Shown here piece by piece: positions 16,738 through 25,352 of a stretch of 64,000 nt of DNA; positions within the stretch are counted from its first letter, which is position 1, and each line of letters opens with the position of its first letter. This DNA is from Vulcanimicrobiota bacterium (GTDB lineage: Bacteria; Vulcanimicrobiota; Xenobia; Xenobiales; JADMJV01), in contig JBFWNU010000001.1 in assembly GCA_050250895.1 (NCBI GenBank), positions 2,342,210 through 2,406,209 of the forward strand, in the 5' to 3' direction. The translations under genes and the position numbers were made by a program. The notes below the pieces were generated by a model that was not told where the DNA came from, did not search any database, and saw nothing but the letters and a program-made list of their open reading frames with translations.

Positions 16738-18234
16738 ATGACAAGGGTTCTGCGAGCGACCGACCTGTCCGAGCACATGCACGAGGATTGGGCCGAGGCC
16801 AAACGTCCCATTCGGGTGCTATTGATCCAGCCTCCTACCTCGGGTTGTGTGCGCTCCCTTTTGCCGCAGGTCGAGCAAGACGGCGAGGGTATCGGCTTCA
16901 AGCCTCCCCTGGGGTTGCTGTATGTGGCCAGCATGACGGCCGCCTCGACCCCCCACGAGGTGAAGGTTATCGACGCTATCGGCCAGCGCAAGAGCTTCGA
17001 TGACCTGGTGGCCGAGGCCAGGGCGTTTGAGCCCGACCTCATCGGCATTTCGGCCTGGACCGACTGGTGGTATCCGGCCTATCACACCGGCGAGTTGCTC
17101 AAGGAGGCCCTGCCCAAGGCCCACCTTTGCTACGGCGGGCCCCACGTCAGCATCTATGCCCAGGCTACCCTGGACGTTCCGTTTGTCGACAGCGTGATCG
17201 TGGGTGACGGCGAGGTTCCTTTTATGTGCCTGGCCAACATGCTGGCTAACGACAAGCTCGACAACCGGCTGCCCGGACTGCATCTAAAGCAGCACGGGGT
17301 GAAAGAGTGCCAGCAGTTCTTCATTCACGACGACCTCGACAACCTGCCTCTACCCGACCGTCGCATGTTGCCGCTCGAGCCTTACAGCTCGGTGCTGGGC
17401 AAAGGTCGCCTTTTGACTACGATGGTGACCAGCCGCGGTTGCCCCCACAAATGCACCTTCTGCAAGCTCAACTTCCAGAAGACCCTGTGTCGCTCGGCCG
17501 ACAACGTGCTGCGCGAGTTCGAAGACATCCACTCGCTGGGCATCAAGGAGGTCGAGCTCTACGACGACACCTTCACCTGGGCGCGTCAACGGGTGCTCGA
17601 TATCTGCCAGGGCTTGATCGACCGCCAGCTCGGCCTCGAGTGGGCCGTGCGTGACAGGGTTAGCAACGCCCGCGTCGATCTGCTCGACCGCATGTACGCG
17701 GCCGGCTGCCGCCGCGTTCACTACGGTATCGAATCGGGAGTCGACCGGGTGCTCGAGAAGATGCGCAAGAAGACCACCGTGCGCCTGGCCCGGCGGGCCG
17801 TGCAGATCGCCAAGGACACTGGCCTCACCGTGCTGACCTACTTCATGTTCGGCAACCTCGACGAGACCCTCGACGACATGCAGCGCACCATCGACTTTGC
17901 CCTCGAGCTCGACGCCGACTTCTGCGAGTTTTCCATCACCATCCCCTATGCCGGCACCGAGATGTACGAAGAGGCCCTCGAGACCGGCCTCATCAAAGAA
18001 GACTACTGGGCCGAATACGCCCGCAAGCCCGTGCCCGACTTCATGCCGCCCAAGCTCATCGAAACGGCGGCCAGCCTGGAGCAGCTCATCGAGATTCGCA
18101 ACCGGGCCGTGCGCAGCTTCTATTTCCGCCCTAAGTACATCATCAATCAGGCCCGCAAGGTCACCAACCCCGTCGAGTTCTTGCGCAAGGCCAAAATGGG
18201 CGGCAAACTCTTCAATTCGGTCTATGCCAGGTAA
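16738..18234 (+). CDS. Cobalamin-binding (class B) radical SAM enzyme
   Basis: N-terminal B12-binding-like region (RVLLIQPPTSG...). The radical-SAM cluster motif is SRGCPHKCTFC. The start is taken at the internal ATG (MTRVLRA); the ORF track begins at 16648 and overlaps the upstream gene. Confidence 0.8.
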   Translation: MTRVLRATDLSEHMHEDWAEAKRPIRVLLIQPPTSGCVRSLLPQVEQDGEGIGFKPPLGLLYVASMTAASTPHEVKVIDAIGQRKSFDDLVAEARAFEPDLIGISAWTDWWYPAYHTGELLKEALPKAHLCYGGPHVSIYAQATLDVPFVDSVIVGDGEVPFMCLANMLANDKLDNRLPGLHLKQHGVKECQQFFIHDDLDNLPLPDRRMLPLEPYSSVLGKGRLLTTMVTSRGCPHKCTFCKLNFQKTLCRSADNVLREFEDIHSLGIKEVELYDDTFTWARQRVLDICQGLIDRQLGLEWAVRDRVSNARVDLLDRMYAAGCRRVHYGIESGVDRVLEKMRKKTTVRLARRAVQIAKDTGLTVLTYFMFGNLDETLDDMQRTIDFALELDADFCEFSITIPYAGTEMYEEALETGLIKEDYWAEYARKPVPDFMPPKLIETAASLEQLIEIRNRAVRSFYFRPKYIINQARKVTNPVEFLRKAKMGGKLFNSVYAR

Positions 18235-18240
18235 CGCTTA

Positions 18241-19452
18241 GTGATCCCACGTTTGCGGCCTCCCTTTGGCCTGCTCGAGCTGGCCCTGGCGGCCGTCCCT
18301 CGCCCCGGATACGACGAAGCTCGTTTCGAGCAGGCGTTTGCCAATAAGTTTGGCTTTGAGCACGGGCTGTTCTTTCCTTACGGGCGCAGTGCGCTCTACG
18401 CGCTACTCAAGGTTCGCGGCCAGGACCGCCAGGTGGTCATGCCCGCTTATACTTGCTCGGTGGTGGCCCATGCGGTGGCTTTGTCGGGCAACAAGCCGGT
18501 CTTTGTCGACTGCGGCCAAGAGCACTTCAACATGCCGCCCGCCGCCCTCGAGCCAGCGCTTGACGAGCAAACCTCGATGGTCATCCTGACGCCCATCTTC
18601 GGCTATCCCATCGAACGCCGCGATTGCGAGGCGGTCATCAAGAAGAAGTCGCCCGACGCCTTCGTGCTTTACGACCTGGCCTATGCCTTCGGGGTTCACG
18701 ACAAGCGAGGTCCTCAGGCCCAGGAGGCCGACGCGGCCCTCTTCGGCCTGGGCATCGGCAAGCAGCTCTCGACCCTTTTCGGAGGCATCTTGCTGCTGCG
18801 AGACCCCGAGCTCTATCAGGCGGTCAAGGAATTTCGCGACCAGACCTTCAAGAAGCCCGGCCGGCTGGCCGGGCTCAACAAATTCAGCTATGGCAAGGCC
18901 GTCTACTTTGCTTTTCGTGAGCCGTTCTTGAGCCTGGTCGACCTGCTCGAGCGCAAGACCCCGCTGCTCAATCGCTTCACCCGCCACTATTACGGCGTCG
19001 ACGGCATCGCCATGCCGGCCGATTTTCAGGTCAGGCCGACGGCTCTGCAAGCTCGGCTGGGATTGTCGCAGCTCGAGCGCTACGACCAGATCGAGACCCA
19101 GCGCTGGGCCATCGGCCAACGCTACGAACTCAAGCTGGCTCAGGCGGGCTTCAAGGTTTTCGAGGGCCAGGAGAGCCAGACTTATTCGCATTTTCCCCTG
19201 GCAGTGGCCGAGCGGGACAGGGTCATCGCTGCCATGCTCGACAAAGGCGTGGGCCTGGGCAAGCTGATCGACTACAGCTGCCCTTGCCTGCCGGGCTATG
19301 ACTACTCGCCCGACGCTCATCCCCACTCCTACTGGTTCTCGCAGCATCTCGTCAATTTGCCCTGCTGGCCCGGCATGACGGTCGCCCAGGTCGACCAAGT
19401 GATCGAGGCGCTCGGCGCCTGCCGCGACCAGTCGCCCAAAGATTTCCTGTGA
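18241..19452 (+). CDS. DegT/DnrJ/EryC1/StrS-family PLP-dependent sugar aminotransferase
   Basis: Family-typical N-terminus (FEQAFANKFGFEHGLFFPYGRSALYALLKV...VVMPAYTC) and a length of 403 aa. Confidence 0.8.
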   Translation: MIPRLRPPFGLLELALAAVPRPGYDEARFEQAFANKFGFEHGLFFPYGRSALYALLKVRGQDRQVVMPAYTCSVVAHAVALSGNKPVFVDCGQEHFNMPPAALEPALDEQTSMVILTPIFGYPIERRDCEAVIKKKSPDAFVLYDLAYAFGVHDKRGPQAQEADAALFGLGIGKQLSTLFGGILLLRDPELYQAVKEFRDQTFKKPGRLAGLNKFSYGKAVYFAFREPFLSLVDLLERKTPLLNRFTRHYYGVDGIAMPADFQVRPTALQARLGLSQLERYDQIETQRWAIGQRYELKLAQAGFKVFEGQESQTYSHFPLAVAERDRVIAAMLDKGVGLGKLIDYSCPCLPGYDYSPDAHPHSYWFSQHLVNLPCWPGMTVAQVDQVIEALGACRDQSPKDFL

Positions 19453-21257
19453 ACCGCTGGCTGGTGCTGGTGGGTCTGGCCTTTTGTGCCTACGCCGTGG
19501 TGGCCCTGGGCGACTTCAAGGTGTTGCTGGCCACTACCCACGGCGACGACGGGCCGGTCGTCTACGCCGACTATGCGGCTCATCCCGATCGCTACCAAAA
19601 GGACATCCTGGCCATCTATGCGCCGGTGCAACTGCGGGCCACGGCCCAGAACTGGCTGCCGGTGCGGCTGCGACCCATCCTCTCGCCCGAGCGCTTCGCC
19701 TGGCTGATGGCCTTTCTCCAGATGGCCTTGCTCGGGCCGGCCGCCTGGCTGCTGGCCTATAATCTCAGCAGCGACCGCTGGGTGGCCTGGGTCTATCCGC
19801 TCTGGTTGGCCTCGACCTTTGCCTGGGAGTGGAACCTGGCCAACTACGACACCAGCCTCCATCTGCCTTATCCCGCCCAATTGGGCTTTTCCCTAACGTT
19901 GCTGGCCTTCGGTCTGGCCCTGGCCGAGAAGCCCTGGCCCGCTCTAGCAGTGCTGGCGGTGGTGGCCCTCTTTCACCCGGTGTTGACCCTGCTCGGCGGC
20001 CTGGTGCTGGGCCTGACCTGGTGGCGCCGCCAACAGCTGGCGGTCGCGCCGATGCTGGGATTGGCGGCAGCGCTGGCCCTGGCGGTGGGGCCGGCGCTCT
20101 TGCTGGCGTCCTCGGTCGAACAACTGGGACGCCCCGAGATGCTCGAAGGCATGCGGGTCAATCAGCACGTCTCGCCGTGGAACTTTCCCCAGGTGTTCTG
20201 GCCGCGTTGCTGGACCCTGCTGGGCTTTGTCGTCCTCTATGCTCTGGCCTGGAAGGACCAGAGCGAACCCGGCCGCGCTCTGGGCACGGCCACCCTGGTG
20301 GTGGTGGTTCTCTTTGCCGGCTCGCATCTAGTCGGCGGCTGGTTGGGCATTCCCTTCCTGCTAAAGCTGATCGGCTTGCGCTCGACGCAGCTGATGGTCC
20401 TGTTCGGATTGCCCGTGGTGCTGGCCTATTTGGGCGGGCGCCTGGACGGCTCGACTCGCGAACGCTGGGCAGCCCTGACGCTGCTGCTCTTACTCGGCCT
20501 CTTTCGCCGGGGCTTTTTCTGGGGACCGCTGCTGGTGCTGGTGGCCGAGCGCCTCGGCTGGAAAGGGCTGGCCCGGGGCGTGGCGGTGGGCTGGAGCAGC
20601 CTGGTGATCATCCTGGTCTTAGGCGGCCTGCTGGTCGACCCCATCCTGTTTCGAGGCGCCCTGGTGTTGATGCCCGGCCTGGTACCCACCCGGCCGGTGG
20701 TGTTGCTCGTATTGCTGGTGGCGCTGGCCTGGTTGGTGGCCAGCCTTCCCCGCCACACTCGCCGTCTGGCGGTGGTGTTGGTGGGAGTGCTGGCTCTCTA
20801 CAGCGCCGTCGAGTTGGGCCAGAAGTCGCATTCGCCCAAGGCGGTAGCCCTCTATCAGGCTCAGACCTGGAGTGCGGCCAATACGCCCGAGACGGCCAGG
20901 TTCGTCGAGTTCGCCGGCACCTGGCGCAACCTGGCTCATCGCTCTACCGTCAACCCGCGGGCCTCGGTCTGGTATCTCTACTCGGGCGACGCTCGCCTGC
21001 GGGTCTTCGACGACGCCTATCTGCGCTTCTATGGTCTGGAAGATGCCTTTCGGCGCGACACCCAATGGTCGCTGTATCTCAAGCAGATGCGAGCCTTCTA
21101 TACTCTCGACGAGGCAGGGGTGAAGGCCCTGGTCGACCAGTTCGGGGGCGACTATCTGGTTCACGACAAGACCGTCGGCCCGCCGCGCTTGAGCTTTCCG
21201 GTGGCCTACGAGAACGACGCCTACGTCATTTATCGGGTGGGTAACCCAGGCTCGTGA
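19449..21257 (+). CDS. Polytopic membrane protein, putative GT-C-fold glycosyltransferase (ArnT/PMT-like architecture: about 12 TM helices plus a roughly 150-aa C-terminal soluble domain)
   Basis: Many hydrophobic helices. An acidic HGDDGP motif sits in the first extracytoplasmic loop after TM1, where GT-C enzymes carry their DD/DE motif. The start overlaps the aminotransferase stop. Confidence 0.45.
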   Translation: MNRWLVLVGLAFCAYAVVALGDFKVLLATTHGDDGPVVYADYAAHPDRYQKDILAIYAPVQLRATAQNWLPVRLRPILSPERFAWLMAFLQMALLGPAAWLLAYNLSSDRWVAWVYPLWLASTFAWEWNLANYDTSLHLPYPAQLGFSLTLLAFGLALAEKPWPALAVLAVVALFHPVLTLLGGLVLGLTWWRRQQLAVAPMLGLAAALALAVGPALLLASSVEQLGRPEMLEGMRVNQHVSPWNFPQVFWPRCWTLLGFVVLYALAWKDQSEPGRALGTATLVVVVLFAGSHLVGGWLGIPFLLKLIGLRSTQLMVLFGLPVVLAYLGGRLDGSTRERWAALTLLLLLGLFRRGFFWGPLLVLVAERLGWKGLARGVAVGWSSLVIILVLGGLLVDPILFRGALVLMPGLVPTRPVVLLVLLVALAWLVASLPRHTRRLAVVLVGVLALYSAVELGQKSHSPKAVALYQAQTWSAANTPETARFVEFAGTWRNLAHRSTVNPRASVWYLYSGDARLRVFDDAYLRFYGLEDAFRRDTQWSLYLKQMRAFYTLDEAGVKALVDQFGGDYLVHDKTVGPPRLSFPVAYENDAYVIYRVGNPGS

Positions 21258-22260
21258 AATAGTCGGCCAGTTGCTGGGCCACGAATTGGTTGCCGGCGGG
21301 GGTATGGTGGATGAAGTCCACATACATGCCTTCTCGACCCCGCTCGTCAAAGGCGTGGCGAAGGTCGAGGTAGTGCACATGCTCGCGCCCTTCGGCCGCC
21401 CCCGCCAGCACCGCGTTGAGGTCTACGATGAGGTGCTCCCAGAGGTCGACGTAGCCGGTGAAGTCTTTCCAGTGGGGCAGGTTGGCGTTGCGAGCCGGGT
21501 CGGCCCCCGAATAATAGAACGGGTCGATGGGCAGCAAGACCACCTCGGTCTCGGGTCCGATCTGATCCAGCCATTGCGGCAACTGTTCTTTAAGGTAGGC
21601 AATCAGCCGGTCGTCGGGGTAGGCCTGGTGGTTTTCGCGGCTCAGGTGCCGGCGGGCGGCCACATAGTAGAACAGAGCTAGAGCGTGAGGCCGGGGCGGC
21701 TCGCCCCCGGCCAGGCGCACCTGGGCCCAGGTGACCTCGGGCGACCAGCGCTCGCGAAATTGCGTCAACAGCGACATGTCGTTAGCCGCCTGCACGGTCA
21801 ACAGCCTGGTCTTGACCCTGGGAGCCACCTCGATGCGATAGCGAGCAAACGACTGGCGCAGGTTATAGGAAGGCACCCCGGCGTTGAGCACCTGCCCCGG
21901 ATAGCGCTCGCCGAGGTAGGCGGAATAGGTCTCGTCATCACCGACTCCGGAACCGAAGGGCACCGAGTCGCCCAGGCACACGATGCGAGTGTCAGGCCCT
22001 GGGGGCCGCCCGCGAAAGCCCTGCTCATTGATGTGCACCCCCGAGTGATCGCCCGGCTTGAGAGTGTAACCGCGCTCGTCGTCGACGGGCACGGCGTAGC
22101 CGACCTTGAACTGCTGGGTGGGAGCCGGCTGCCAGACGAAGCGCCCCTGGGTAAGGCGAAAGTGAATCTGCAAGAGCAACTCGAGTCCCACCAACCCCAG
22201 CAGGCTGGTGATGATCACCAGAGCTAGAGCCAGTTGCCAGCGTTTGGGTTCGGACTCCAT
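21226..22260 (-). CDS. Membrane-anchored SGNH/GDSL-family hydrolase
   Basis: Start taken at the internal Met (MESEPKRWQLALALVIITSLLGLVGLELLL, a TM anchor). The GDS motif is CLGDSVPFGSG. The upstream 103 codons of the ORF-track entry overlap the divergent gene and are probably not translated. Confidence 0.6.
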   Translation of the reverse strand: MESEPKRWQLALALVIITSLLGLVGLELLLQIHFRLTQGRFVWQPAPTQQFKVGYAVPVDDERGYTLKPGDHSGVHINEQGFRGRPPGPDTRIVCLGDSVPFGSGVGDDETYSAYLGERYPGQVLNAGVPSYNLRQSFARYRIEVAPRVKTRLLTVQAANDMSLLTQFRERWSPEVTWAQVRLAGGEPPRPHALALFYYVAARRHLSRENHQAYPDDRLIAYLKEQLPQWLDQIGPETEVVLLPIDPFYYSGADPARNANLPHWKDFTGYVDLWEHLIVDLNAVLAGAAEGREHVHYLDLRHAFDERGREGMYVDFIHHTPAGNQFVAQQLADYFTSLGYPPDK

Positions 22261-22338
22261 CGGAAGCCTTTTCGCAGCCGCGATGGGACCTCCTGGAAGA
22301 GCGGCGGGAGCGCGGGCTCTGGTCGCGAACCCAGCCAG

Positions 22339-23154
22339 GTGCTGACCATCTCTAACCAGGATACCCAGATTCAAATCGCCCCCGAGCGCGGCGCCATCGT
22401 GACCAGCCTGAAGGTCCACGGCCACGAGCTGCTCTTTCTCAACCAGGCCACCTTCGACGACCCCAGGGCCAACGTGCGCGGGGGAATCCCCGTCTTGTTC
22501 CCCATTTGTGGACCGTTGGCCGGGCCCGACGATGCATGGGCGGGTCAGCGCTTCGCGATGAAACAGCACGGCTTTGCCCGCAATCTAGCCTGGCCGCTGG
22601 TCGAGCACAGCCCCGACAAGCTGGCGCTGGAGCTGGTCGACTCGCCCGAAACCCGAGCCCAATACCCGTTTGCCTTCCGCTATCGCCTGACCTTTCGGGC
22701 CTTGCCTGACGGCCTCGCCATCGACCAGGAGGTGGAAAATCGCGGGGCGGAGACCATGCCCTTCCAGCTTGGCTTTCATCCGTACTTTCTGGCCTCCGAC
22801 AAGCCGGCTCTGGGCTGGCGGCTGCCGGTCAGCGACTATCAAGATCACAAGAGCGAGGCGGGCGGTCCGTTCCATGGCTTTGACTTTGCGGCCGACGAGA
22901 TCGACTGGGCCTTCCCCGAGCCGATCACCCGGAAAGCCTCGTTCGTCGACCCCGGCCGGGGCCTCGAGGTGAGCCTGACCTACGAAGAACCTTACCGGAT
23001 GCTGGTCTTCTGGACCCTCAAAGACCAGCCCTTCGTCTGCCTCGAGCCGTGGACCTCGGGTCGGCTGGCCTTCCCCGGCGGCCCGGTCGAACGCCTCGCC
23101 CCCGGCGGGCGACTCGAAACCGGCGTAACCGTGACCGCCTCTGCCCTGGGCTAA
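22339..23154 (+). CDS. Aldose 1-epimerase family protein (glucose-6-phosphate 1-epimerase/YeaD-like)
   Basis: LTISNQDTQIQIAPERGAIVTSLKVHGHELLF is characteristic of the family. A GTG start at 22339 is preferred over ATG at 22234, which overlaps the divergent gene's start. Confidence 0.65.
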   Translation: MLTISNQDTQIQIAPERGAIVTSLKVHGHELLFLNQATFDDPRANVRGGIPVLFPICGPLAGPDDAWAGQRFAMKQHGFARNLAWPLVEHSPDKLALELVDSPETRAQYPFAFRYRLTFRALPDGLAIDQEVENRGAETMPFQLGFHPYFLASDKPALGWRLPVSDYQDHKSEAGGPFHGFDFAADEIDWAFPEPITRKASFVDPGRGLEVSLTYEEPYRMLVFWTLKDQPFVCLEPWTSGRLAFPGGPVERLAPGGRLETGVTVTASALG

Positions 23155-23283
23155 GTGGGTGCTGGCTGGGGTTTAGCGCGGAGATCACGCCGAGGACGCG
23201 AGGTCGCGGAGAGGGCGGCTCGAGGCGCAAGGGGACGCTCTTGCGATTTTTATGGCTTGCTTGAGCTCGGCAGAACCGCCGGC

Positions 23284-23540
23284 CAGGTGGTGCCGGATTC
23301 GGCACGTGGTAGCGCCGTACTCGGCCGAGGTTGCTCTTCCGTGCGGAAGTCGGCTTGCCCGCGACCGTGGTCGAGCCACCCAGGCTGGTCGGCGGCGGTA
23401 CGGCACCAGGTGGTGCCGGATTCGGCACGTGGTAGCGCCGTACTCGGCCGAGGATGCTCTTCCGTGCGGAAGTCGGCTTGCCCGCGACCGTGGTCGAGCC
23501 ACCCAGGCTGCCGGCGGCGGTACGGCACCAGGTGGTCGCC
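23284..23540. repeat. Tandem repeat of about 123 bp with about 2.1 copies. Each unit contains the hairpin GTGCCGgattCGGCAC.
   Basis: Read directly. The unit starts CAGGTGGTGCCGGATTCGGCACGTGGTAGCGCCGTACTCGGCCGAGG. It is related to motifs at 1037-1064. Confidence 0.75.
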
Positions 23541-23923
23541 AGGACGCTCACCCCACGCCCCCAAAGCCCTCTCCGTGCCCTCCTGATCTCCGCGGTTTAC
23601 TTCTCAGGCGCGCCACTGGCGAGCCGCACCGACCTGTGCTTCGACCACGCGCCGCGCCGCCACGACAGACGCGCCGCGGTATTCCCAATCTCGTGCGCCC
23701 AGCCCCCCTCAGCGCCTTTGCGAGCTCTGCGGTTTTGTCAACGAGCGCTGCCCTCGGCCAACGCCCACCTCTCCGTGAACTCCGAGACCTCCGTGTTGGT
23801 ACGCCAGCCCCCGCGCCCCCCGCGGAACTCCGCGGTGCCCCCAAAAGCGCCTGCCTTCGAGATACTTCGCCCCTCGAGGCGCCTTTGCGACCTTGGCGGT
23901 TTTCCCCACCAGCCCTCCACTGG

Positions 23924-23953
23924 CTTGACCGTCAAAAGGCCTGTCGATATACT
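23924..23953 (+). promoter_or_regulatory. Sigma70-like promoter TTGACC-N17-TATACT ending about 17 nt before the miaB ATG (short or absent leader)
   Basis: Read directly; coordinates are accurate to about 1 nt. Confidence 0.5.
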
Positions 23954-23969
23954 GCACTGGGTGAATGCG

Positions 23970-25352
23970 ATGACCGACAAGCAAGCCGTGACCAAGCTCG
24001 GCACATATTATCTGCAAACCTATGGCTGCCAGATGAACGAGTATGACTCCGAGTTGCTCGGCTGGCTGCTCGAACGCTTGCACTACACGCCTTGCTCCGA
24101 GCCGGCCGAGGCCGATATCGCGGTCTTCAACACTTGCTGTGTGCGCGACAACGCCGATCAGAAAGTCTACGGCCGTATCGGCGACTTCAAGAACCACAAG
24201 CTGACCAACCCCAACCAGGTGCTGGCGGTGGCCGGTTGTCTGGCGCAAAAAGACGGAGAGGCTTTCCTCGAGCGCTTTCCCCAGGTCGACGTGGTGGTGG
24301 GCACCCACAACCTGCAGGACCTGCCCGACCTGATCGCCCGAGTCCAGAACGGCGAGGGCCGTTTCGTCAAGGTCGACCGCGTGGGCGACCACTTCAATCT
24401 TCCTTCTAACCCCCGCAAGAAGCACTCGGCCATGGTCACCATTTCCATGGGCTGCGACCAGTGGTGCACCTTCTGCATCGTGCCCTACGTGCGCGGGCAA
24501 CTCAAGAGCCGTCCCCTGCCCCAGGTGCTGTCCGAGGTCAAACGCCTGGCCTGGGAAGGTCATCGCGAGATTCTGTTGCTGGGCCAGAACGTCAACGACT
24601 ACGGCCGCGACCTCGAGGGCGAGGTCGATTTCGCCGACCTCATCGACGGCACCAGGGGCATGCGAGGCCTCGACCGCCTGCGCTTTACTTCGCCTCATCC
24701 CCACTATTTCACTCAGCGGGTCATCGATTCGATGGCCGCCAACCCGGCCGTGTGCGAGCATATCCATCTGCCGGTCCAGTCGGGCGACGACGAGGTGCTC
24801 AAGCGGATGCGCCGGCTCTACACTCAGGCCGAATTCCTCGACCTGGTGGCCCGCATGCGCAAGGCCATTCCTACTTTGTCGCTGACGACCGACATCATCG
24901 TGGGCTATCCCGGCGAGACCGAGGAGCAGTTCCAGCACACCCTCGATGTGGTGCGCGAAGTGGGCTTCTCGTCGGCCTTCATGTTCGCCTATTCACCCCG
25001 GCCGGGCACGCCCGGCTCGCTGTTTAAAGACCAGGTTCCTGAAGACGAGAAGATGGATAGGCTCTATCGCCTGATCGAGGTCCAGAACAACCTCTCGCTG
25101 GCTCAGAATCTCGAAATGGTCGGGCGCGAGTTCGAATTGCTGGTGGAGGGTCCGTCCAAGAAAGATCCGACCCGCTTCACCGGACGCACGCGCTGCAACC
25201 GGCTGGTCCACTTTGCTCACGAGGGCCACTCGTTGACCGGTCACCTGGTCAGGGTCAAGCTCGAGAAAGCCTACACCTGGGGCTTCATCGGCGGCCTGCT
25301 CGAGGCCGAAGCGAAACCGGGCGCCTGGGGATTGGCCGCGAACTCGGCATGA
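23970..25352 (+). CDS. miaB: tRNA-2-methylthio-N6-dimethylallyladenosine synthase (radical SAM methylthiotransferase)
   Basis: The internal Met of ORF 23454.. gives MTDKQAVTKLGTYYLQTYGCQMNEYDSE, the MiaB MTTase N-terminus. A radical-SAM core and a TRAM-like C-terminus follow. About 460 aa. Confidence 0.9.
   Translation: MTDKQAVTKLGTYYLQTYGCQMNEYDSELLGWLLERLHYTPCSEPAEADIAVFNTCCVRDNADQKVYGRIGDFKNHKLTNPNQVLAVAGCLAQKDGEAFLERFPQVDVVVGTHNLQDLPDLIARVQNGEGRFVKVDRVGDHFNLPSNPRKKHSAMVTISMGCDQWCTFCIVPYVRGQLKSRPLPQVLSEVKRLAWEGHREILLLGQNVNDYGRDLEGEVDFADLIDGTRGMRGLDRLRFTSPHPHYFTQRVIDSMAANPAVCEHIHLPVQSGDDEVLKRMRRLYTQAEFLDLVARMRKAIPTLSLTTDIIVGYPGETEEQFQHTLDVVREVGFSSAFMFAYSPRPGTPGSLFKDQVPEDEKMDRLYRLIEVQNNLSLAQNLEMVGREFELLVEGPSKKDPTRFTGRTRCNRLVHFAHEGHSLTGHLVRVKLEKAYTWGFIGGLLEAEAKPGAWGLAANSA

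Noticed and set aside
19829-21244. 471-aa plus ORF and 253-aa minus ORF overlapping the 602-aa membrane protein
   Set aside because: These are alternative frames of a clearly hydrophobic, helix-rich genuine CDS. Their translations are Gly/Arg/Pro-rich.
23185-24046. ORFs 23252..24046 +, 23185..23502 -, 23250..23564 - and the 5' 172 codons of ORF 23454..25352
   Set aside because: All lie inside the tandem-repeat or leader region. The translated repeats (WCRIRHVVAPYSAE x2) reflect DNA repeats, not protein. MiaB begins at the internal Met.
23709-24938. 409-aa minus-strand ORF antisense to miaB
   Set aside because: It is the antisense frame of a strongly supported gene.
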